Shown here: positions 20,301 to 27,975 of the stretch, in pieces
Layout of the letters: each line of letters starts with the position of its first letter
Numbering within the stretch: position 1 is the stretch's first letter
Virus record (IMG/VR): IMGVR_UViG_3300017998_000006
DNA length: 38,335 nt
Source: a virus
Strand: one strand, 5' to 3'
The notes under the pieces: generated by a model
Databases searched by the model: none
What the model saw: the letters and a program-made list of their open reading frames with translations, nothing else
What the model was told of the DNA's origin: nothing
Position numbers and translations under genes: made by a program

Positions 20301-21866
20301 ATGGCAAAAACCAAGCCGCAAAGACCCAAAACCAGCCGAGTAGCTGAATTCCCGGCGCCTTCGAGTGACCCTGGAGCCGCAGACACCGCCGTCGCAGCCG
20401 AAGAACTGCCCGAACCGCAGCCACCGCCGAAAGCTGCGCAGAAGTCCGGCCAGTCCAAGCAAAAAGAACGGGACTTCGGCCCAGACCCGCTGCCAAAGAT
20501 CCAGGAATTTTTTGAACGATGCTCTGGTATCCGCCAACAGGACTGGCAAGCACGCGCCAAGGTCAAAGTCTACCGCTTAAAGCCGATCTACGATATGCTG
20601 ATCGGCTCGAAACGCAAGTACATTCGCATCTACGAGCTTGGCGCACCAACCGAGGAGCAGATCAAGCACGACTGCGGCAGCGGCCGCTACCGGCTCTACC
20701 TCAACTTCAAAACAGACGGAGCCGACCACGAAAAAGAACTCGCCTCCGTCGAGATCGATATTCTCGATCCGGCGTTCCCGCCTAACCTACCAGTAGGTGA
20801 TTGGCTGAACGATGAGGCAAACAGAGAGTGGAGGTGGGCGAGGCCCCTGCTCGAAGCACGCGAAGCGGAGGCAGCCGCCAAAGTCGCAAATAAAAACGAA
20901 CGCGCGGCGGCCAGCAGCTCTGGAAACATGCTCGAAGCCGTCCAGGTCCTCGGCGAACTCCAGGACCGCGCCGAGGAACGCGCGCGCGAACGAATCGACA
21001 GCGGACGGCCCCAAACTTGGGACCCTGCTCAGCAGCTTGCCACCGTGGTAACCGCAGCAAAGGACATCGCCGGCGCGCTCAAAGCCACCCCAGAAAATCC
21101 CATCCCAGCTTTCATATCCGAGCAAATGACCGCGATGCGCACCGAGCTTGCGGACGCGCGGCGGCGCAGTGATACGCTCATGGACAAGCTGTTGGATATG
21201 GCCCGAGCCCCGCAGCCCCAGCAGCAGAACGGCCTAAGCGCCGTCAAGGAAATCATGCAGGGCATCAAAGACTTCCTGCCCACCGTCCGGGATCTTTGGC
21301 CGAATGCGCCCGAGGATATCGCAGAGCGCGTGGTCAAATCGAAGATGGGACCGTGGCAGGAATTCTTCGCCCCGGTGCTTCCCAGACTCGTTGACGCGCT
21401 CGCTCCGATCATGCCTGCGATGGCAGCCGGTTTGATGGGAGGCAACGGACCAGCAAGACCGCCAGGAATGCCACCGCAAGCCCGTCTGCCCAACCCAGCC
21501 ATGCCCCAACCCAGCCCCCAGTCCCCGCCGCAAGCGCAGCACGCTCCAAACCTCGACGAAATGCTTTTGAACGCTCTGACCAGTGACCGCGACGGCGGAG
21601 AATTCGCGGACTCGCTCGTCATGCTCTTCGGCCAGCAAGGACAACTGATGTACCGCCAGGCCGCTTCACTCGGAGAGCAGGGCTTGCTTACGTTGATTCA
21701 GCAACGGCCCGTCTGGAACCAACTTGGACCGCTGCAATCCAAGGTGCCAGCCTTCGTTCATGAGTTCATCGAATGGGGCCAGGAGCCACAGGAAGAGATG
21801 GCGGAAGGCGCAGAACCGCCCGCCGCCGGTGAGGTGGTGGACCTCACGGGAGAAGCCACACAATGA
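20301..21866 (+). CDS. 521-aa early protein, unknown function (coiled-coil, Pro/Gln-rich), VVDLTGE tail
   Basis: GAGG 11 nt before ATG; first gene of the rightward block; C-terminus AAGEVVDLTGEATQ*; no NTPase or polymerase motif seen. Confidence 0.7.
   Translation: MAKTKPQRPKTSRVAEFPAPSSDPGAADTAVAAEELPEPQPPPKAAQKSGQSKQKERDFGPDPLPKIQEFFERCSGIRQQDWQARAKVKVYRLKPIYDMLIGSKRKYIRIYELGAPTEEQIKHDCGSGRYRLYLNFKTDGADHEKELASVEIDILDPAFPPNLPVGDWLNDEANREWRWARPLLEAREAEAAAKVANKNERAAASSSGNMLEAVQVLGELQDRAEERARERIDSGRPQTWDPAQQLATVVTAAKDIAGALKATPENPIPAFISEQMTAMRTELADARRRSDTLMDKLLDMARAPQPQQQNGLSAVKEIMQGIKDFLPTVRDLWPNAPEDIAERVVKSKMGPWQEFFAPVLPRLVDALAPIMPAMAAGLMGGNGPARPPGMPPQARLPNPAMPQPSPQSPPQAQHAPNLDEMLLNALTSDRDGGEFADSLVMLFGQQGQLMYRQAASLGEQGLLTLIQQRPVWNQLGPLQSKVPAFVHEFIEWGQEPQEEMAEGAEPPAAGEVVDLTGEATQ
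21834..21854 (+). repeat. 21-nt gene-end element, copy 1 (gtggtggacctcacgggagaa)
   Basis: Encodes VVDLTGE and contains GGAG 8-10 nt before the next ATG. Confidence 0.85.
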
Positions 21867-22330
21867 CACCTGTATACCAAATGGCCCCAGTCGCGGGGCG
21901 TTCGCCAATTTGGGCCACCGCAGAAGAATTTCGCGCCGTTCTAGAGCGTAAGAAAACGGCGATTCAAAAGCTCTGCACAGCGGCATGTGAATACTTGACA
22001 CTCGAAATCGACGCGGCTTTAGAAGGCTTTGAACACGCTCAGGTAGTTGGCCCGCCAACGCGCGCAACCGTGAAACCCGAAGATCTGATCGAAGCACAGC
22101 AGCGCTGCGAAGTGATCCAATCCCGAATAGAGGAGTTGCAAGAGGCGATTGACAGGTCGCCCATTCCGGAAATGGCCGTACTGCTCAAAACCGTCATGAT
22201 TCCAACCATTCAAACGGAATTAGAGCAGGCAACAGCATACCGAGACCACCTGCAACGTGGTCTTGAACAACAAACAGAACCGCCGAGCAGGGATGATAAA
22301 GTGGTGGACCTTACAGGAGAACCAGTATGA
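21863..22330 (+). CDS. Early protein, unknown function, VVDLTGE tail
   Basis: ATGA-coupled; helical/acidic; C-terminus SRDDKVVDLTGEPV*. Confidence 0.7.
   Translation: MTPVYQMAPVAGRSPIWATAEEFRAVLERKKTAIQKLCTAACEYLTLEIDAALEGFEHAQVVGPPTRATVKPEDLIEAQQRCEVIQSRIEELQEAIDRSPIPEMAVLLKTVMIPTIQTELEQATAYRDHLQRGLEQQTEPPSRDDKVVDLTGEPV
22301..22321 (+). repeat. 21-nt gene-end element, copy 2 (gtggtggaccttacaggagaa)
   Basis: 19/21 identical to copy 1; preceded by gataaa as in copy 3. Confidence 0.85.
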
Positions 22331-22605
22331 GCATTTCCGTTACAGAGGCATCGGAGCTTCGCCAAGCTGCGACGGAACGCCTGAATCAGCCCGCTATTGC
22401 GCTTCTGAAGGCACAGCTTGAGCAAGCCCGCAAATTACAATCGGCAACGTACGGACTACTCAGCCTAACTTTGCGCGACTGTGATAAGGTAGACCTCGAA
22501 TACGAACGGCTGCGATGCGCCGTAATCGAAGCACAAAGGCAGGAACAGGCAGAACGGGCCGCCACGAATGATAAAGTGGTGGACCTCACAGGAGAATCGG
22601 CATGA
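22327..22605 (+). CDS. Early protein, unknown function, VVDLTGE tail
   Basis: ATGA-coupled; C-terminus ATNDKVVDLTGESA*. Confidence 0.7.
   Translation: MSISVTEASELRQAATERLNQPAIALLKAQLEQARKLQSATYGLLSLTLRDCDKVDLEYERLRCAVIEAQRQEQAERAATNDKVVDLTGESA
22576..22596 (+). repeat. 21-nt gene-end element, copy 3 (gtggtggacctcacaggagaa)
   Basis: 20/21 identical to copies 1 and 2. Confidence 0.85.
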
Positions 22606-22799
22606 ACAGCAGAGCTTTCGCTTGCCTCACGGACGATGAACTAGAACGAATCGTGATGGAAGAGTTTTCAAAAGCGGAATCCGAAGGCTCCCACATCGCG
22701 CGCGACTGCGAAGTCTTTCTTGCTCGACGTGTCGCCGCCCGTTGCCGCCACCTCGCCCAGGTTGAAGTGGCGAACCTCATAGGAGAACTCGCACAATGA
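22602..22799 (+). CDS. Small early protein with degenerate tail (VANLIGE)
   Basis: ATGA-coupled on both sides; C-terminus AQVEVANLIGELAQ*. Confidence 0.65.
   Translation: MNSRAFACLTDDELERIVMEEFSKAESEGSHIARDCEVFLARRVAARCRHLAQVEVANLIGELAQ
22767..22787 (+). repeat. 21-nt gene-end element, copy 4, degenerate (gtggcgaacctcataggagaa)
   Basis: 17/21 identical to copy 3. Confidence 0.7.
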
Positions 22800-23128
22800 G
22801 CAAACTCAAACGGCGCCGCCACCTCCGCAAAAATCCCGCTGCCAATTTAACCCCTTTTGGACGGGATCTCCTAATCAGGATGCTGATCGGGGCTGAACCG
22901 CCAGAACTGGACATGATAATCGGTCTCACGCATTTGACGCGCGGCGCCCTGAATTCCAGCACCACAAAACACGCCGATTGTGCCTGCAAAGGCGAATGCC
23001 CTTGCCATACTTTCGGAGCACCCGCCGCCGGCCAACCATGTCCGCCCGACTGTAAGCACTATGGTGACCACTTCGATGGCTGCCACCGTTGCGACCCCAA
23101 ATGCCAACCGCCGGAGAAAGTTCAATGA
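22796..23128 (+). CDS. Cys/His-rich (metal-binding?) small protein
   Basis: RRRHLRKNPAANLTPFGRDLLIRML..; C-half HADCACKGECPCH..CPPDCKHYGDHFDGCHRCDPKC. Confidence 0.65.
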   Translation: MSKLKRRRHLRKNPAANLTPFGRDLLIRMLIGAEPPELDMIIGLTHLTRGALNSSTTKHADCACKGECPCHTFGAPAAGQPCPPDCKHYGDHFDGCHRCDPKCQPPEKVQ

Positions 23129-23607
23129 GCCTAGCCTTCATCACCACCTGCGCGCACTGCCCGCAGAAGTTCACGACGCCTGGTTTCGGAGATCTGCTCG
23201 GAACCGAATCAGGCCGGCTCAAAATCGGGAACGTCTTCCAAGCGCTGATCGGACATCTGCAAAAGCGCCACCCGGAGCAAGCTCAGCGAGCCGACCTGAG
23301 CGCCGCGATGCTCGGAGGCCTGCTACGCCTGATGAATTTCCACTCCGACGACCCGGTAGCCCTTGCTATGCGGGAATGGAACCGCCACGTGATCCACGAA
23401 ATGACGCGCGCCGCGACGTGCCCCGACAACAAGATTGAGGAGCAAGTCGCAGCCCTGGGCCTCAACGAATACACCGCCTTGCGCGTGGTCACACTCATAA
23501 AGCAGATGCGAGATGTGATCGAGGAGCGCGGAGCCTTTGCACCACCGGACCCCGCCAGCGCATCGAACGGCAAGCCACCCGCTGGCCCGACGCTGGTACT
23601 GCCGTGA
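23125..23607 (+). CDS. Hypothetical protein
   Basis: ATGA-coupled start MSLAFITTCAHCPQKF...; 160 aa with protein-like composition. Confidence 0.65.
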   Translation: MSLAFITTCAHCPQKFTTPGFGDLLGTESGRLKIGNVFQALIGHLQKRHPEQAQRADLSAAMLGGLLRLMNFHSDDPVALAMREWNRHVIHEMTRAATCPDNKIEEQVAALGLNEYTALRVVTLIKQMRDVIEERGAFAPPDPASASNGKPPAGPTLVLP

Positions 23608-23613
23608 GCAGTT

Positions 23614-24243
23614 ATGTACAGCCAAAACAACGAAGAGGAAATTATCCGCGACCTCTTCAAAGATGAGGTTGGAACATTCCTGGACATCGGCGCCTGTGAC
23701 GGGAAGCTGAACAGCAACACTCTGACCCTCGTAGAACGCGGATGGTCAGGCGTGCTGGTCGAACCGAGTCCCGGAGCGTTCCAGGCACTCTACAAAAGGC
23801 ACGGTAAGAATCCCAAACTGCAACTCGTGAATGCCGCCATCGGCACGCATTCGCACCTCGCGCAATTCTGGGACTCATGGGAAACGGCGCCCGGCTACGG
23901 TACGACCGAACCATTGAACCGTGAACGCTGGACAGGATTGGTCGGAGTATGGCAGCGTTTTCTAATCCCAGTATTCCCGTTCACAGAACTGCTCGAAAAC
24001 TGGCGTCAGCAGCCGTTCGATTTCGTCAGCATCGACACCGAAGGCACCAGCTCTCAACTGTTCCAGATCCTTTTGGCGTCGTATGAGAAACCACGGGTGA
24101 TCTGCGTAGAGCATGACGGATGGCTCCAGAACTGTATCGAGGCAGCCGCACCCCACGGATACCGGGAAGTGGCATGGAACGCGGAAAATCTGATACTGAC
24201 CACCATCGGCCCCACCAGCACCGTCCAGATGTTGTCAAAATAG
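23614..24243 (+). CDS. SAM-dependent methyltransferase, FkbM family-like
   Basis: GTFLDIGACDGKLNSNT (motif I hD-h-GA-x-x-G) and GVLVEPSPGAFQALYKRHGKNPKLQLVNAAIG match the Methyltransf_21/FkbM pattern. Confidence 0.7.
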   Translation: MYSQNNEEEIIRDLFKDEVGTFLDIGACDGKLNSNTLTLVERGWSGVLVEPSPGAFQALYKRHGKNPKLQLVNAAIGTHSHLAQFWDSWETAPGYGTTEPLNRERWTGLVGVWQRFLIPVFPFTELLENWRQQPFDFVSIDTEGTSSQLFQILLASYEKPRVICVEHDGWLQNCIEAAAPHGYREVAWNAENLILTTIGPTSTVQMLSK

Positions 24244-24273
24244 CCCTTCAGGAGCACAATTAGAACTGGGTGC

Positions 24274-24295
24274 TACGCGGGATACCACCCGCGTA
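24274..24295 (+). terminator. Hairpin after the methyltransferase gene
   Basis: tacgcggg (24274..24281) / cccgcgta (24288..24295), 8-bp stem, 6-nt loop; no clear U-tract. Confidence 0.4.
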
Positions 24296-24329
24296 CGCGC
24301 ACATCTTAAACTTTCGAGGAGTGTTGACT

Positions 24330-24755
24330 ATGGCAAAAACGACGGACCCCACAGAACAGCACCGAGGGATCAAGGAAGAATGGCTAAATCTGCCCCGCCG
24401 CAAGTGCGACAATTGCGGAAAATCGTACAAGCCGAAGCACCCGAAACAGCGGTTCTGCAAAGACCAGTGCCGCTTTCAATGCTTGCGCAACGGCAGCGCC
24501 ATCTTGCAACTCAAGGAGCGGATCGCCCCAGAGGTCCGCAAGCAGATCCAGCTCGAAACAGTCTGCCCAGACTGCAAAGGCAAAGGCACAAGACTTTTTA
24601 ATGAGGATGTCCGCAAGTTCACCGAGAAGCGAAGCCGCGACACTGTTCAAGTGGTGTGCGAGACGTGCATCAACGGAAGGGTGCTAACGCCTTTTGGCCG
24701 CGACGTGCTGGCACTTGTGACCAGCGGGCACGTCGTGAAGGGACTCCAGAAGTAG
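24330..24755 (+). CDS. Zinc-ribbon / DnaJ-type CxxCxGxG zinc-finger protein
   Basis: GAGGAG 10 nt before ATG; CDNCGK..RFCKDQCR; CPDCKGKG and CETCINGR; LTPFGRDVLALV shared with 22796..23128. Confidence 0.65.
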   Translation: MAKTTDPTEQHRGIKEEWLNLPRRKCDNCGKSYKPKHPKQRFCKDQCRFQCLRNGSAILQLKERIAPEVRKQIQLETVCPDCKGKGTRLFNEDVRKFTEKRSRDTVQVVCETCINGRVLTPFGRDVLALVTSGHVVKGLQK

Positions 24756-24767
24756 CGGAATCTGTGA

Positions 24768-24828
24768 GGGGCCGGTAAGCATCATGACCCGCCGTTGCGT
24801 TTCCCCCTGTTGGGAACTCACCGGCCCC
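24768..24828. terminator. Inverted repeat between convergent genes (possible bidirectional terminator)
   Basis: ggggccggt (24768..24776) / accggcccc (24820..24828), 9-bp GC stem but a 43-nt loop. Confidence 0.35.
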
Positions 24829-24866
24829 CCCGCTCTGGTCACTGAACGATATCCGCTACCCTCCTT

Positions 24867-25424
24867 TCACGAAGTCTTTTTTGCGTGCAACTCTTCAACC
24901 GCCCGCTGCACGTCGCTCGGGGTGACTGGCTTCAAGGTGTCCCGGCCTGATACCGGAGGCGGAGCTAATTGACGGCGGGCCATCTCTTCTTCCTGCTGCG
25001 CCTCCCATCTGTCCCACTGAGCCTTTTCCCATAAGTGTTTTTTGTGACCGCCGTACTCGCAATACGGAGAGCCGGGCTCGCACAGCGGACACGCTGGAGC
25101 CAACAGGCCGCGCGTAACCAAATCAGCCACGCGCTGATCACTGGCCTCGAATCGCTCTTTATCGGTCTGCCGTTCTGCCGTGGCGCGCTCTGATTCGTCG
25201 CGGATTAGGCAGGCCGCTCCCATTAGATCAAAATCCGTAGGGCAGAACGGACTGCTGAGCCGCCAGCGGTCAACAATGGCCATCATGGGAACACCCTGCT
25301 TATCCGCGGCTTCTTCAAGGCCTTTGGCTAAAGCCTGTACTCCTGCCAAATCTCGCGGATAATTCTGGCAGCGTTCAAAGCACGCCGCCAGAGTTTCAGC
25401 GATCGGCTCCTCAGTTTCGGTCAT
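24867..25424 (-). CDS. Hypothetical protein (last gene of the leftward island)
   Basis: ATGA-coupled to 25421..26572; 185 aa, acidic, CPLCEPGSPYCEYGGH Cys cluster. Confidence 0.65.
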   Translation of the reverse strand: MTETEEPIAETLAACFERCQNYPRDLAGVQALAKGLEEAADKQGVPMMAIVDRWRLSSPFCPTDFDLMGAACLIRDESERATAERQTDKERFEASDQRVADLVTRGLLAPACPLCEPGSPYCEYGGHKKHLWEKAQWDRWEAQQEEEMARRQLAPPPVSGRDTLKPVTPSDVQRAVEELHAKKTS

Positions 25425-26572
25425 GCCCGCTCCTGGCGGCGCCGCTTTGCAAGCTCAATCGCCTGCTCCGTAGGAGTCATGCGCCCGCTGCGTTGCACTG
25501 GCATGCCCGGCGGCAGATCCTTGGAAGCCCTCCAGTTGACCAGCGCATCTTTCACGATGGACGCGCAAACTTTGGGTGAAGATATGGGCCGTTCGGCCCG
25601 TTGAATCACGAATTTAACCAGGAAGTCATGGGACAGATCGCCCAGGGCGTTGAGAGCTTGATCGAAGGCTACTTGATCGGCCGATAGCGACCGCTGGCAG
25701 GATTTCAAGAGAATCGGATCGAAAAGCCGGGCCAACTCATCAGCCCTTGGGTGTTTCGCCTTTACTTCGCCCTTCGCCTTATTTTCGCCCTGCTGTGGAT
25801 AACCTGTGGATTTCTGCTGTTCATGAAGACGTGCGTGTCTCGCATTCGCCTTTTGTTCGCCATGTAACTTGTTGGAAACATTAGAAACATGGTTTTTCTG
25901 GCTTCGGTCTGTGGAAAACTCTTGTAATGCTTCCGAACATACCAGGAGCTCGCCCCCTTTTACCACGGCCGTGAAGGCCATGTCAACCGCGCCACCGGCC
26001 TTGAAGCAAAAGGAAGAAACCGGACATTCGATTTTGATCCGCTCAGAAAACTCGCCGGCCTTCACCTGGCGGGGCGCCTTGACAAGCTCGACGGTTTCTT
26101 TCGGCTCCGCAGGCTCCGCAGATGGCTGAGGCTCTTTTCGGTCCTCTGGCTTGTAGTCGGGCAGGTTCTGCCAGTCCCGGTACATCAGCCGAACGGAGAC
26201 GGTGCCGCGGATGCTATGGCGCACCTGGGCCATACCTGAGACCTCCAGGTACTTGATGTCTCGATCCACCGTGCGCTTGTCGGTACAGCATTCGAGCGCC
26301 AATGCGGGCTTGTCGAGATCGGGGCTCCACTCCGACGGCTGTTTGCCGGATTTCTTGGCTTTGGCAGCTTGGATGTTGACTTCGCTTGAAATCGCGTCAA
26401 TCAGACTTCGGCAGCTTAACCCAGGACACAGACGAGGTAGTTCAGCCCGCCAGGCATGGTAAAACTGGCACCATCCGGTCTGCGCTTCAAACTCGCTCTG
26501 TTGTCGAAGTCTCTGCCGGAGATCCTCTACGCTGTTGAGCGTTTGGCGCGGGCGCCGTTGAGTTGCAGGCAT
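25421..26572 (-). CDS. Winged-helix replication-initiator-like protein
   Basis: ELPRLCPG...LDKPALALECCTDKRTVDRDIKYLEVSGMAQVRH..VSVRLMYRDWQNLP (wHTH-like, paralogous to 26584..26979), followed by a long K/E/Q-rich region and a helical C-domain. Confidence 0.5.
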   Translation of the reverse strand: MPATQRRPRQTLNSVEDLRQRLRQQSEFEAQTGWCQFYHAWRAELPRLCPGLSCRSLIDAISSEVNIQAAKAKKSGKQPSEWSPDLDKPALALECCTDKRTVDRDIKYLEVSGMAQVRHSIRGTVSVRLMYRDWQNLPDYKPEDRKEPQPSAEPAEPKETVELVKAPRQVKAGEFSERIKIECPVSSFCFKAGGAVDMAFTAVVKGGELLVCSEALQEFSTDRSQKNHVSNVSNKLHGEQKANARHARLHEQQKSTGYPQQGENKAKGEVKAKHPRADELARLFDPILLKSCQRSLSADQVAFDQALNALGDLSHDFLVKFVIQRAERPISSPKVCASIVKDALVNWRASKDLPPGMPVQRSGRMTPTEQAIELAKRRRQERA

Positions 26573-26583
26573 TTATAGACTCC

Positions 26584-26979
26584 TTATGCTGACTTGGAAA
26601 TTTTAATTACGCGTGGAACGGGAACCCGACCTGGCAACTTCGGCCAGCGTTTGAAACACAAGCGAATGGAAACTGCTCCCCAGCGATGCTTCACGTCGGC
26701 CATCCGTGAGGACTCCAAGTAGCCGATTTCTCTGTCCAGCGACCGGCGATTAACCCGACAGACCGTAGCAAGCCACTCTTTGTCAAGGTGTGGTGTCCAT
26801 CCATCCGTCTGGGTTCTGGCTAATACGGCAAAGATCAGAGCCCAGGTGGCGGCACCGTGGCATAGCCTGGGAAGATCAGCTAACCACGGATAGAGATACG
26901 GGATTTTTCGCCGGTGCTTTCGGATTGCCGCAAAAAGAGTATTTGGATTACAGTCTGACTTGACGCCATGCAGTATCAT
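26584..26979 (-). CDS. Small winged-helix protein, paralog of the N-domain of 25421..26572
   Basis: AGGAG 8 nt before ATG; DLPRLCHG...LDKEWLATVCRVNRRSLDREIGYLESSRMADVKH..VSIRLCFKRWPKLP aligns motif-for-motif with 25421..26572. Confidence 0.6.
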   Translation of the reverse strand: MILHGVKSDCNPNTLFAAIRKHRRKIPYLYPWLADLPRLCHGAATWALIFAVLARTQTDGWTPHLDKEWLATVCRVNRRSLDREIGYLESSRMADVKHRWGAVSIRLCFKRWPKLPGRVPVPRVIKISKSA

Positions 26980-27327
26980 TGGAGATCTCCTGGATTTTTG
27001 GAAGGGGAGTTTCTAACGGGGCGATCAGCACTGCCTTGATGGTGGTGACCGCCCCTGGCACTGAATCGGCAGCGAGCCGATCCGGACGCAACAATCATAG
27101 CACCCCTTGAAACATATTGCAAGGGGAATCCGGCGATGGGTCTTGAACTCAAGGCAATTCGGAGTATACACCCAAAAACAGGTGATTTCAAGAAGTTTTT
27201 TTCTGAAACAGGGAAGAAAAGGCGAAAACAAGACGCGAATGTCTCTATTTCATGCCATGTCAGGACACGCACGTCCGAACCGGGGGGGGAATATATAAGG
27301 TACTTAAAACTGAAAACCAAGAAGGAA
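26980..27327. promoter_or_regulatory. Non-coding AT-richer region upstream of the initiator-like genes; candidate origin/regulatory region
   Basis: No convincing ORF; A-tracts; hairpins ATCGGC-agcga-GCCGAT (27065..27081) and CCCCTTG-10 nt-CAAGGGG (27103..27126). Confidence 0.3.
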
Positions 27328-27386
27328 GGCGGGCGGGTTTCTTCGGTCGAGAGTACCCTACTTCGAGACGGGCCGGCCCGCCCGCC
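27328..27386. terminator. GC-rich hairpin with T-rich flanks on both strands (terminator of 27403..27615, possibly bidirectional)
   Basis: ggcgggcggg (27328..27337) / cccgcccgcc (27377..27386), 10-bp stem; followed by gtttcttcgttttc on plus and ttccttcttggttttcagtttt on minus; the loop is long (39 nt). Confidence 0.55.
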
Positions 27387-27402
27387 GTTTCTTCGTTTTC
27401 TG

Positions 27403-27615
27403 CTAACGGACCAAGACGGCCCGGCGCGCAGCCTCGCTCCGCTGTTTCGGCGTCAACTTGCTGGCGCGTGCCAAACCGCCCTTCCTGCCCATCGTGAACG
27501 AATCCCATTCAGTCGTGGGCGATTGAAGAAGTTCCAGTGAGCGAATGAGGTCCTGAATCTGTGCGTATCGCGCCTTCAATGCCGCGATACATCTATACAG
27601 ATGATCATCCGTCAT
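27403..27615 (-). CDS. Small basic protein with GG-x-ARA-x-KL..Q-x-S..A-x-x-A tail motif
   Basis: 70-aa ORF; C-terminus GRKGGLARASKLTPKQRSEAARRAVLVR; followed by the terminator hairpin. Confidence 0.6.
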   Translation of the reverse strand: MTDDHLYRCIAALKARYAQIQDLIRSLELLQSPTTEWDSFTMGRKGGLARASKLTPKQRSEAARRAVLVR

Positions 27616-27638
27616 CGTGCCAGTGGTCCTCTCTTACC

Positions 27639-27761
27639 CTAGCCTTTCAGCTTGTGCCACCGAGCCAAAGCAGCCCCGCGCGCAATCTCTTCCCGACGCT
27701 GGTAGGCCTCCAACCACAATATCTCGAAGTCTAAATCAGTAGCGCGCTTTCGAAGGAGCAT
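27639..27761 (-). CDS. 40-aa ORF ending in a ...ARGAALARWHK motif (below the ORF-track cutoff)
   Basis: Hand translation MLLRKRATDLDFEILWLEAYQRREEIARGAALARWHKLKG*; in series between two ORFs with a related tail. Confidence 0.3.
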   Translation of the reverse strand: MLLRKRATDLDFEILWLEAYQRREEIARGAALARWHKLKG

Positions 27762-27777
27762 CAAACAATACGCAACA

Positions 27778-27921
27778 TTACTTTATGTCACGGCGTTTCC
27801 TCTTTCGAGCCTTGGACCAACGGGCCAAAGCCGCCTTCTTCGCGGAAACACTTAACTGTTTTTTACTGAGCTTCTTTGCGCGTGCAAGGCCGCCCAAGTG
27901 GCCCATCTGATGAGAATCCAT
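27778..27921 (-). CDS. 47-aa basic ORF with GGLARAKKL...AKKAALARW motif (below the ORF-track cutoff), apparently leaderless
   Basis: Hand translation MDSHQMGHLGGLARAKKLSKKQLSVSAKKAALARWSKARKRKRRDIK*; its ATG lies 6 nt after a TACTAT -10 box. Confidence 0.4.
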   Translation of the reverse strand: MDSHQMGHLGGLARAKKLSKKQLSVSAKKAALARWSKARKRKRRDIK

Positions 27922-27927
27922 GACCCC

Positions 27928-27957
27928 ATAGTACCTGCGAAGAGTCACGCATTGCAA
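27928..27957 (-). promoter_or_regulatory. Candidate leftward promoter (TTGCAA-18-TACTAT)
   Basis: Minus strand: TTGCAA (27957..27952), 18-nt spacer, TACTAT (27933..27928), 6 nt, ATG 27921. Confidence 0.5.
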
Positions 27958-27975
27958 TATTCGTGCAGAATTCTC

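Noticed and set aside
20301-21866. The 521-aa first early protein as a portal or terminase
   Set aside because: It is located in the early block, has no Walker motifs, and has long Pro/Gln-rich and coiled-coil segments. I cannot support either assignment from sequence, and it remains the first protein to test by profile search.
26976-27540. ORFs 26976..27320 (-) and 27136..27540 (+) in the non-coding region
   Set aside because: Their composition is odd (S/R/F/K-rich, low complexity). The plus ORF runs through the terminator hairpin and into the opposite-strand gene 27403..27615. The minus ORF does end in an ATGA overlap with 26979, so a small leader ORF cannot be fully excluded.
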